Source: Podarcis filfolensis (taxonomy: Eukaryota). From it: DNA of 64,000 nucleotides. The number at the start of each line of letters is the position of its first letter. Within the stretch, counting starts at the first letter, position 1. Below the pieces are notes generated by a model that was not told the origin of the DNA, searched no databases, and saw nothing but the letters and a program-made list of their open reading frames with translations. Positions 12,971 through 25,619 of the stretch are shown piece after piece. Location: NCBI GenBank assembly GCA_964270895.1, contig OZ185436.1; one strand, given 5' to 3'. Made by a program: the position numbers and the translations under genes.

Positions 12971-15900
12971 CAAACCCTCAATTCTTTTACAAAGCATTCT
13001 TATACCAAGTTCCCTCTGTGGTTTTATTCCCAGTCCAAGAGCTTAACAAACATGTACATCAATTGCTTATAGGTCCCAATGTTATCTAAGCACCAATCCC
13101 AGAAGCAGCCCCAGAGTTCGTGTTGCCAGATTTCAAGGGAGTAATTGATAGGTTTTCCCCCCGATGTGATATGTCAGCATCCTACCAGTCTGACACCATA
13201 TTAATCTCCAGCCCAATACACTGAGAACAGGGGTGCTTCATGGCTACCACTACCAGCCTTCCCAAATCGAGGAACAGACAGTGTGTACAAATACAACTCT
13301 GCAAGCACGTATCCATCCACAGACTTAGCTTACTAGACCAAGGTTTAAAGTAGGAAAAGGTAGTACGTTCAGAATTCTCAAGGGGGGAGTGGAAAGTTAC
13401 CATTGCCACCAGAAATGTGACAACAGAGGGTTCCCTATGGAATTAATTGCGGTAGAGAAGAAAATACAGGTCTACAACTAATGTTGTGAAGACACTATAA
13501 CTTGAAAACACATTAGCAGCACATTTCTCTTTAAAAAAAAATATCTGGGAATTGTAGTTTGTTAAGGGTTGCTGTGAATTGTATCTCTGTGGTAGATAAA
13601 CTACACTACAGCACCCATAATTCTTTGAGGGAAAGAATGTGCTTTAAAGGTATAGTGTGTATAAAACCCAAGTCTCTGGGCCCTCCTTCTATTTGTCTAA
13701 GATGCACAAGCAACCTTCATTTGGACGCAGGGGAGGAGGGGAAGTTCTCTCCACCCCAAAAGAATGCTTGCCTCCTACTAAAGAATCTCAGTATTGGAGG
13801 GTGGGACTAGCTTAGGACACCAGGAGTTTTATAAGTCATAAGGGTCACAACTTCAGCAAAGCATCCAACACAGAGAACAATGAGCTCTTTTCCATTCTCT
13901 CCCACATATTTGCTAATCAACCTGGGAGCCATATGGAAAATCTAACAAGCACGATAGGAAGGCAGACAGGATCAATTCCCGTTACTGAAAAATGGCATCC
14001 AACATTTGTCCAAACACTACTGGGATACTTTATTGTATCATATGTTCTTGTTTTAGCATTTGACTAAAATTTGGGAGTTCTCAGAAGTCAATGTCTGGGT
14101 GTTGTTGTTTTTACTCATTAGGAGTCAAGCATCGGCATTCTAGGCACTGCTTCCATAGCCAGACATTTCTATCTAAGTAGAAAGAATTTCCAATTTCCAA
14201 GAAGATAAGCAGAGGCCCAAGGCCCAAAAACCAAAAACCATGCAGCCGCACATAAGAACACACACAGAGAACCTTCCCTCAAAATTTACACCATTTGGTA
14301 CAAAAATTCTCGAGATGTACAGATTGTGTAGTTTGCTATACTCTTAAAAGGCCAAACAGCATTGCACATTAACCATTTTCACAGTGCAAAAACTTGTGCT
14401 CACAAGTTTGGTAAGAGGTTGGTAGACTGTTTGTGTGCGTATTTCAGCAAGTTACCCACATCTCCCATTTTCACAACTGCTGCCACCCCCAAAAAATTAC
14501 ATTATATTATATTAGGGTAACATACCCACAGGGAAGTTAGGTTGAAAGCATAGTTCAAATACGAGGAAAGTTATTCTGAAGGTTTTAAGAAGCCTTCAAG
14601 TGCATAAAGAAAGTGATTGCATCCTTCAAGCTTGGCTGCAAAAAGGGCCATTTTCTCCCATTTCTCTCCCGCTTTTGTCCACAAGGATTCCAGAGTCAGT
14701 GCCGAAGAGAGAGAGAAAACCCAGGAACTCTAGTGCTATTTAGCCTTAATAGCTGGATCCAGTTTCCTTTCCTTTCCTGCCGAAACATTTCTGTTTGAAG
14801 CAACTAAACAGAAATAGTACGTTCCAAAGACCTTCAGCTATCAGGCTGCTGTTTTTTGGAGTTGTGCAACAGAAGCAGACATATTTTCAAAAAGAAACTT
14901 GCACTAGAATCATTGCCTGAAGTGTGAAGTTCAGCAATCTCTTCCCATGACAAACAACTGAGCAGAGAGAGATCGGGGTGGCATAAGATTTTAAGATCGA
15001 AAACAAAATTATTCTAGTTTAGCAATTGCGTACATACTACAAACGCAAAATAAAGGTAGGGGTGTGTGTTTTACCATTTAACCAATTCAGACTAAAGTCA
15101 GAATACAAAAATGCATTCGGGTCTGAAATTTCTTGCTTGGAAACACATGTGTACTTATCTGGAGTAGGTACAAATGAGCACAGCAGGGCTCACCTTTGAG
15201 CATCCATGTAATCCTAAACACACTTGGTAGAGTAGCACCACAATCCATACAGGTCAAGATCAGTAGGGCTTAATCCCAGGTAAACACATTTAGGAGTGCA
15301 ACTTCAGTTTAATTAACTCCATAAATGTGCTTAGGCTTGTACAACTTCATGACAACATTTGTCAGAATACCACAGGATGTTCTTCAGAGGTGCCACTATG
15401 CTCCATGTTCTGAAATAAGCCAAATCCAAAATAGATACCTCATAGTCTTAAGATTATTATAATCACCATGATCTTTGCTTGGAGCCCCATATCTGTAACT
15501 GCATAATTACTAGCTTCACAGAAGTAGTTTTTTCCAGGAGGAAAACTGCTTGCATGTCTGCTGAATTGGCCTTAGACTAATAAGACATTAATTAAAACAA
15601 GAGGCATTTTATTCTGGTGAATCATTTAAGCGTAAGTAGTGTGGTTCTGCTAGTGCAGGCAATCCCATCCCTAAAGCAAAGTGTTCTCTTAAATATTGAC
15701 TTATTCCACTTACTGGATCTGGGAATCTCATTTGCAATTAGCTGCGTACCCATTCTTTACATGGGAAGGATTAATCAACCATTTTACAGTCTAATTTAGG
15801 TCGCTAATTTAATACAGAACTCAAGATGCTTTAACATAATTTCGCTAATAAAACCATGACAGCCAGTTCTTTAGCCAGCCACACATAGTTCTTTTTAAAA

Positions 15901-16129
15901 TGCTATGGATGCTATTGAGGATCAAACTTTTCCAAAAATAGCTAAAGAGATGCTGCAGTTATTGAACACGTTCTCTTATCAGTTTTACCCTGTTTAGCTA
16001 TTGCTAACTCAAGAGCCATATCTAGAGTCGCTTGCTGCCTTTGCCTAAGCAAAGTTAGAGATAATGCTGCTGTTTAGATCTCAGGAGCATTTCCATTTGA
16101 GATTACTGTTAACATTTTAACTCAGAAAT

Positions 16130-16219
16130 TAAGGTGTAATTCAGTACACACTTATTGAGGAATAAATATCACTGAATGCAACAAGGCTTACTTCTGAGCA
16201 GATATGTATGTCTGCACTG
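16130..16219. repeat. Short dispersed quasi-palindromic repeat (core GCTTACTTCTGAG)
   Basis: Related cores recur at ~32571-32640, ~41480-41535 and ~60870-60920. Family not named. Confidence 0.45.
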
Positions 16220-17294
16220 TCTGAGGCTGAAAATGTTTTAGGTGTGTTATAGTGTCCCCCCCCAGTCAGTTTTGATACTGCACATATGGAAGCTTGCTTG
16301 CTTTAAAACACACAACCTTTTCTCAATAGTTCAAGGTGGCTAACCTTGAAGTTAATCATAGATAACATTGAAAGCTTTGCAGTCAATATGAACAGAAAAT
16401 CCCAAGGAGTTATTTCCTCCACTTCCCTTTAAGAGCCAACTGTTCTAGGCTAGTTGACTAATTTGGGAATGCTTAACTGATCAGACACACACAACCCCTA
16501 CAATGCCTTGTTAATTTTCACCAAAGGCAGGGTCTTCCATAAGAATTTTTAAAAATAGTTTTTTTAAAAAAATCTCCAAAATCCACAGCAATACCTTTAA
16601 GTAGGACCAACCAAAGTATCACAAAATTTTCACTTGGAAATTAGTTTGAATGATGACAGAAAATGTGATAAAATGAATTTAAAAAAAAAAATTAAGCCTG
16701 TCATGGCTGTAACCAACCATCCTCATCAAAAATTGTAGATTTCAAATAGTCCAAGTGGCAGATCTCCTGCTGAAACATATTGCACAAGAGGTGAATTTGC
16801 TGACGATGAACACTTGCATCTCCCTTCAGAGGCGAGCCTTTTGATAAAAAATAATATCCTAAACTAGTCCCCTAATTCTGGTCACACTTGTGCATAAATG
16901 GCTTCCTCATGATGAGTTAGCTGCAAAAAACTCATAGCCTTTGCAGAATTTGAAAAAAGACTTTTCATTTACTTCAATGGCTATATTACCACAGTTTTCT
17001 CTTCCCCATAAAATCAAGTAAGTTGAATTAAGATTTGTGGCTATTGTCTCATGAATAATGTAATTGTGCCATAACCCAAAACTTGAGCAAATTCAGCTAT
17101 CAGAGCAGAGGTAGGGTGGAGGAGTCCCATAAAAATATAACCTATAGACTTACAATGGTCTGGTGTCAATCTAGTAAAGAGGAAAAGTAGAAGCCATTCA
17201 AAGCCAAAATAAAATTCAGTAGTATACAAAGAACTTTAGGAAAAGTCAGTATGGTTCTACTAACATGCTGTCACATTACATATCGCCAACTCTG

Positions 17295-17312
17295 AAGTTG
17301 CTTTGGCAACTT
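17295..17312. promoter_or_regulatory. Candidate RFX X-box in HS3ST3B1 intron 1
   Basis: AAGTTGCTTTGGCAACTT has 7-bp inverted arms; the core has 2 mismatches to GTTGCCATGGCAAC. Confidence 0.35.
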
Positions 17313-20300
17313 GGAGAAAGATAGCGTTCAAAAACATACGTCAGCTCAAGCACTTGACAGTGGAGTTTTTACGAAGTTGAAGTCCTAGATACTTTACTTT
17401 TAGGAAAGATTTCCAGTTAATTGAAATGGGGCTTACTTTTCTTTTCTTTTTTGAAAGGGAGGTGCCTACTTTTGAAAAGGCACACATAGTAGTTTAGTTT
17501 CTGTTAATATTTGGTTGCTGAAGGGAAGGGACATGGTTCTGTTTAAGAAAGCATTGTTTACAACAGTAAGTTATACTCTAAACGCCCTTTCTTGGAGGGG
17601 GGGTGCTGCTGAGTGAAATTAAAACCTACATTTAATTGATTGCAACTGTTAAAGTATTTTAAAGCAGAAATCATTAATCTGCCACTCAGGCTCTTGCCTC
17701 CGTTATAGATCCCTCCCAAATCTATTCTTGTTTACGTATCATGGCTTCCACTCACAAGTCACAGTCCCCAGCTGAACTACCATAAGACAATTTAGTCTTA
17801 TTAAAACAGGACTAACACCCCAATCCAAGAGCTGGTTAAAATCATATAGGAGACTAAGATGGTTTAGTTTCAATAATAATCAAATTGAAGTAACTCAGCT
17901 GAAAAATGGTTTGCCGTTGCTGCACGGGCAGTTTGTGTCACGTGACAACTTCACAGCAGCTTGAATTGTTTGTGAGAGAACCAAGCTATTTCTCAGAGTT
18001 TTCGTAGACAGTGATTTAACAAAACAAAGCCCCCTATTAAAGCAGCATGTTGTGCGTTGCAGCTGAAATCAAGCTGCCCTTAATAATTCAGCTTCAACTC
18101 AAAGCAGTGCTAAGCTGGAGTCTTTATTTTCCAAAAAAAAGAAGAAAAAATGTTAGTAGGAAAATGTACACCTCAATTCAAAAGAACAAGTTTGTGTATA
18201 TTGGTTTAGCTTAAGAAACTATCATTTGCCTAACTACACATTGATTTTTCTCTTGCACAGAAGTCCTTCCTTTAAATAGCAGCAGATTGACTATTTGGCA
18301 AGGGGGGGGGGGTAGAAGGGCTCAGTTGGGCCTTAATTAGGAAAACTGTTACATCCCTGTTAAATAAAAGCCACCAGCCAGATCAGCACCTGTAACTATT
18401 GCCATTTCGACATGTCATCTCCTTAAGGCAACATTGTCCCAGCTGACATAAAAGTGGCTTCAACTAAGCTTGGATACTATATGCAAGGCTGCCAGTCTTA
18501 AAAAGACATGCTGCTACATACAGTGCTATTTTTATGGCCGTCTACTCTGGAGAAATCCCCAACAAATCCAAAGTGACTTACTCCCAAGTAACTGTGCATA
18601 CACTGAGCCAGTCTCAAAGAGAAAGAGTTGACCAAAGAGAGAGAGAGAGAGAGAGGAAATAAAAGGAGTAAAATAGCAGGATTGTGCTGAATATGCCAAG
18701 CAGGTAGAATCTCATGCTCCATGGCTTGTGTGGCTGGAGGGAGGAAGAGAGGAAAGCTCATAAACCCAGTGCTAAACCTATTTCAGTTTCCTCAAGGATG
18801 CTGGAATATTATTCTAGGCAATTAAGGTGGTCATATGTTTGGTTCCCATTCTTTCAACTAGCATCCTTCCAAGGCCTGCAACAATTGGACATCCAGCTAA
18901 TCTGCATAATTCATATTTGCATAACCTGCAAACTTTTCCGATCAAGTCACTGGCACTCCAGACTGTCTGCGCTTATCTAGCAAGGCCCAGCTTTTTAAAA
19001 ACCATCCTGAAAATAAGACTGGCACTGTCAAAAGTGCGGACATGCACATTTGATCAAAAGGTGGTTGCATCAGCCAAAATCATGCCAAATGCCAAATAAA
19101 AATCCTGTGAAGTTGGGGTTCAATGGGAGGTAATTGTTACTTTAAATTAGTTACATTAATAAGGCTGTGAATGACAAACAGCATAGACCTTCTTCCCAGC
19201 CACCTTACGTGTTAATTCTTTTGAGTTTCATCGTTTAACAAAACTGCACATCAAATGAACACCTTTAAGCATGTGGCTTTCCAGTGATTAAGTTTCCCCC
19301 AAAAAAATTGTTAAACCACTTAGGCAAAGTTGAGGAAGAGTTTTAAATGCAGGCTCCCATTCCATCCACCCAACCCGCAACTTCTAAGCAAGTTGAAAAT
19401 TCCCCCCTAGTTTGGCCTTTAGCAACACTTAATGGTTTTCGTCTTCCTGACAGCTCTGCTCATTAGCTACAAGCAGTAGTTTGGGGAGGATCTTTCAGAA
19501 AACCTTGAAGGCCGTCACCCTGGATAACAGAGATCCGGCTCTTCGCAGCCTCGGCTAACAAAATTAGCACTAGCCTCCCTAATCAAAGGCTGTGGCGCTG
19601 GGCTGTGGGAGTGACAAAGGAGAGCCGGGGAGGAAGGAGCCGGGAAGACGGGGACAAGCACAGCCTGCCTACCAAACAAGGGACTTGATCCTCCTGCCAG
19701 AGCAGAAGGCAGGAAGCCCTTGGTTTGCTTTCGCACTCTTGCTTACTTGGCCCACAATTCCTCCAAGCAGCATTTGTGTGACCCTAAATGAGCGAAAAAG
19801 CTTGGCGTCTCCAAATACGTTTATATTGTGTCTTTCCGTTTTACTTTAAAAACAAATACATCTCAAATTTCCTTTACTGAAAGCAACAACTACATCTATT
19901 GATTGGTACACGTTAAATTGCTGCCACTGTTCTGGCTCTTCCTTAATCAAACCCTTCTTCCCTGTGAGATGTTTTAAATTGTGTCCTATTTAAAACAGAA
20001 TATTCTATATAAAAAAACAAACAAACAGCAACTCGGCCATGTGCTTAGCATAGCAGAGGTTTGGATTTTGTATTTGTAATTTTCCCATCTCCCTGCACAG
20101 ATTCACTCAAAGTTCTGCAAGCTGGGTTTTTTTGGAGGGGGGGTGGAAGTGGAAGTCACCTGACTGAGTGCAGGGCTAGGAATGTAAAATCAAAACCATT
20201 TTTATTTATAACAGACAAGTCTCTCCCTCCAAGTTATCACCACCCTATAAATCAATGGACACCTCGACTGTACAAGGATTCATTTCCATGCCCTGACACA

Positions 20301-22089
20301 TGTTGCACAGACGACGGCCGCATCCCATTACAGATACTTCAGAGACTTCTCTTCGCAGGTCTGCAGTCAGTCCCCGTGAAGTGCAGAAGGTCAGTGGACA
20401 GATCCGTTTAAAAGCTGCAGGGTGTTGTTTTTTTAATCGCACCATCTCCCTCTCTCCCATATATCTGAAGGAGGGAGAGGAGAGAATCACCTGCCGCTGG
20501 CTTGATAACTGGTGTCTACAGCACTTTCCCCCATAAGGTAGCGGAGGATTTCTGCCCCCCCCCCCGCAAATAAAATTCTCCCCTTTAGCAGGAGGACGGA
20601 GAGATCAAGCTCGCAAGTCAAACCACACAGGCTGATCTTAGACCCGCTTAAGAAAATCCGTTGCCTAAGATTTTTCGTTCCACTCTCTGCTCTCGTTTTG
20701 AACTCTGGATTATTGTTTTTCCTGCATGCCCTCAATGGGACATTTTTGTTTAAAACTTTCCCCCTTTTTTCCTCTCTAAAGCGTCATTTCAAAGAGAGAA
20801 GTCCATCGGCCAAGGACCGAGAATTGTGAAGCGCGCAAGAAGCTGCCGTTGAAAATGACAAGGAAGACGGAGTGGAGCCGCCGCTGTCTAGATCGGGAAG
20901 GGCAACTCTCTTTCTCCCAGTCCTGCAGAACTTAAACTCGGCGGGATCGGGTGGCCTTAAAACCATCCTTGCACCCCCAGAGGACGCGTGAAACTGCCCA
21001 AAGGACTCCACAACCATTCCAGATCTATTTGTCGTTTTAAATCCCAGTATCCTTAAAAAGCACCCCATGGAGACGCGTTTGCTCCACAAAGCAGGTCTAG
21101 GAAAGTTATGGAAGCTTAACTTTCATTAGCGTTTGCCGAGATTCAGTCGGCACAGCAGATCGCCGGGTTCCCGTGTCAAAATAATAAGAATCCCGCGCGG
21201 GCTGGCGGAGCAGGAGCTGCAGTGCTCCCTTTCGCCCAACAGAGCTCACTACCTCTCCGCGCACGGCCGGCGCCTCCTTGCGCTGCCTTCAAACTCGCTC
21301 GCCGGCGCGCTGCTCAGATACACACGGACCTCACTGCCGTCTGAACAATAACTGCAGGGCAGCCGAGTCTCACCCCGTCCATCATGAGGGTCACGGACAC
21401 TTGATGCCTGATACACTGGAGGCCGCGCGGGGAGACCTTGGAGAGGCCACCGGAGCCTCGAAACAACACGGCTTGGAGAGGACCCTCGAGGCGGCGTGTG
21501 GGCAGGCCCACTTACAGGCTCCAAAGCGGCTCGGCCAGGAGGGCCAGCGGCCTCCCTTGCTTACTTCCCACCTTGACCCACGCCAGTTAATTCCCGCTTC
21601 CATCCACATCCACAGTCCCGGACACATTTTAAACGCATCCCTCTTTCCCGGAAGGGAAAGCGGGGAGAAGGGGGAACCCTCGAACAAGTCGCGTCTAAAC
21701 CCGTTACTTGGGAGTCAAGGCTGCTCAAACTCCTAAGAGCTTCAAAGGTGGCTTTCACCGCGCGTACTGTTGGTGCAACGGAAAAGCAGGACGATTCGGC
21801 CCGGGTCTCTCTCTTACCTTACCCGCTTAACTCCTACCCATCAACACCCAGTAAAAGCCCTGTGTGTTTGGGGGGTGAAGTAACCAGTAAACTGCTAGAG
21901 AGTTCAGCGAGTCGCATTCTCCCTAGGAGTGGGGCAGAGGGAAATCTCCCACTTTGGGTCGATGGAGACACGTGGACGGGTTGCCGTCCATTCACACCCT
22001 GGTGGGGTCGTGGGGTCTCAGGTGGAGGCGAGCTACGCCTTCTGACCGGCTTCTAACGGCTCGCCCCCGACGAAGGGGGCGCCAGGCTA

Positions 22090-23080
<991 letters not shown>

Positions 23081-23307
23081 TGAGCCGTTAAAGAGCCCGC
23101 GGCAAAGGGAAGGGGAGAGGGGGCGGCCGAGGCTGGCGAGCTGCTTCCGAGGCGGCTTCGCGGCAGACCAGACCGCCCCGTCGGGCAGGCCGTGGTTTCC
23201 ACGCGCCCGCCCCGTCCCTGCTGCAGAGATGCGCTTACGGTGAAGAAGCAGCCAACGTGGCCTGGAGGCGTCGGAGACTGCGGAGTCAAGAAGGTTTTAG
23301 GAGTAAC

Positions 23308-23428
23308 TCATAGAATTTAGAGGTGGAAGGGACCACGCAGGTCATCTAGTTCAGCCCCCTGCAATGCAGGAATCTTTTGTCCCACGTGAAGCTCGAACCC
23401 ACGACCCTGAGATCTACTGACTGAGCTA
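23308..23428 (-). mobile_element. tRNA-Lys(CUU)-derived SINE with CR1-like tail; anticodon arm partly deleted
   Basis: Minus strand TAGCTCAGTCAGTAGA|TCTCAGGGTCGTGGGTTCGAGCTTCACGTGGG, then AAAAGATTCCTGCATTGCAGGGGGCTGAACTAGATGACC...TTCTATGA. Homologous to 35290-35428. Confidence 0.85.
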
Positions 23429-23635
23429 ACTCGAGGGAACCTCGTGAACAAGTGCAATTGACCAAAGGATGGGGAGAAATCTCTTAGAAGGGGGCGGGAT
23501 GGCTTTTCAGGCAGCTGCCCAGTGAACTGCTTCCCTTCTCATCATCCTTGCGGGAAGTAAGAGCTCTAGCAAAACAGCACGCTGGTTTCTTTACCTGCAC
23601 GCACCAGCACCATCCAGACCTCCACATACACACAT

Positions 23636-23636
<1 letters not shown>

Positions 23637-23669
<33 letters not shown>
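23637..23669. repeat. (CA)n microsatellite
   Basis: Perfect CA run. Confidence 0.95.
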
Positions 23670-23670
<1 letters not shown>

Positions 23671-25597
23671 AGCATATTATGTGGCTTAAAGCCTGCTGCA
23701 ACACAAAGCATGCCAGTGGCATATAATTTGAGTAACCGTCTAACCGGGTTTGGGAGGGAGGTGCGGTCAAGATCGCTTAAGGCCACTCGTTGCCACTCAG
23801 TGACTCAGGGGCACGTCGAATAAACCAGCACGAAATCGTGGGGCTTAGTTAACTTCATCTCACGTCGGTCAAAGAGCCGGAAACGGCGAGATTTGGGGAC
23901 TGCGGGTGGGGTGAGGTGGAGATTCGGATTAGTAAAGGGAATCGAAGCAACCTGCTCCGGATTCACGGAGTAGGAGCGCAAATGCGCGGCCTTCTAGTGC
24001 ACGAGGTACCACTGACAGCAGCGTGTAAGGTGATGCTGTCACACTTAGGCCCTTGTCCCAGTGGCGCCGCGCGCTCCTGCTCCGCCTGTCCAGCCGGTTC
24101 AGCGCTCCGCTCCCATCTCAAACTGCGACACCTTCTGTCCCCCTGCAGCCGTCCTGTGTAGCCCTGTCCCGCAAACAAAGACCCCCTTTCCCAACTGTCT
24201 CCACCTCCATCCTTCTCTCTGCCTCGGTCCTCGAATCACTTCGAAACTGGGCCCCGTTTGTTTACACTCAGGGTAACCATCCCATGAGGCTAAGAAAGGG
24301 GGTTGTGCTCTTGCTAATACGGAGGTGACGATCGTCTCGAAAATGGAAATAAGAACTTAGTTTCGAACCTGTTCGGAGGAGGTGGAGGAGGAGGAGAAGC
24401 AGCAGCTAGAAATTTTCTAAAAAAGCGGGTTGAGCTCATCAAAGTCTGACCGAATGGTCTGCTGGAGGGTCTTGCTTCCTTCTTTGGGAGGATATTCGAG
24501 GGATGCCACCCTTCCTGGGTCCTGTCCATTCCCTTCCCTTTCCCATCCAAACTTCTTGAAGTCCTTTTCCCACACAGGAGCACTGGGAAGGAGGCCTCGC
24601 CGCCGCCGCCCATCCTCCCTCCCTCCCTCCTTGGGGCAATGAATGGCCCTCTCCCACATCCTCATCCCTCTTTCGACTCCCCGCAAGGACTCCAGTCCAC
24701 AGACAATGGCTTGTGCCAGACCTGAGAATGAAAACTTTGTGAAATGATGAGGGGGGGGGGAGGGGAGGACTTGATTCTCCAGGGCGCGCCTGCCTCCCGA
24801 TCGGTCTTCCCCTGGCAAACGATCTCAGATCCTCCCGTGTCCCCGAGCTATTTCCTCTAGAGTAGCACGACTCCCAGTGCATAACGTCTCTTGAAGAAGT
24901 CGGCTGCCTGCAGCATCGTTGCCTGTCTGCCAGGCTTCCAGCGTTTTCCCGAGAGATCCAGGGAAGGAGGGGTCGATGGGAATCGTCCGGTTTCTCTTCC
25001 ATTTCCTGTAACTCCCACTCTCCCACACCCCCAAGGAACTCGGCCCTTTTCTGTCATCCTCGGATCGCGGGGACTGCGCGGGGGCGGCGCTTTCGCACAT
25101 CCTGGGAGGAGGGAGGGAAGCCCCCACGGCCACGAGGAAGGAGATTTGGAAGGTGGCAGATGCTGGGTTCAAACGAACAGCAGGAAGAGCCCCGATCCAT
25201 TTGAAGACGTGACGGGCTTTAGGTTGGCCCGGAACTGAAAAGTAGCAAAAAATCACCACAAACACACACAGCGCTCGCCTTAGCTCTAAGTGCGTCACGA
25301 TCCCATTGCCATTCTTACCGAACAAATCACTGCAGGACCGTATTACGCCAACTGATCCACAAAGTCAAGTTACTTTTAAAGTTTCACTGCAATCCTAGGC
25401 AAAGGTAGAAGCAGAACCGTAGTGAAATGAAGGCATGCATAACTGTGTGAGACCAGTTTCCACACCCAACGCTTCTGGAGCTGCTTCGCCCTTGTTTTTT
25501 TTTGCCACGTGCGGACCTTATTCAAAACCCCTTTCTGGTGGGACTTTAGCTTTACGAAGATGCCCCAAATGCGTGTGTGTGTGCCCCCTTCTTAAGT

Positions 25598-25619
25598 AAA
25601 AAAAAAAAAAAAAAAAAAA
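25598..25619. repeat. A22 homopolymer
   Basis: Seen directly. Confidence 0.95.

Noticed and set aside
24314-25325. Several overlapping 100-195 aa ORFs upstream of HS3ST3B1
   Set aside because: No recognisable domains, mutually overlapping, and explained by GC-rich, stop-poor sequence.
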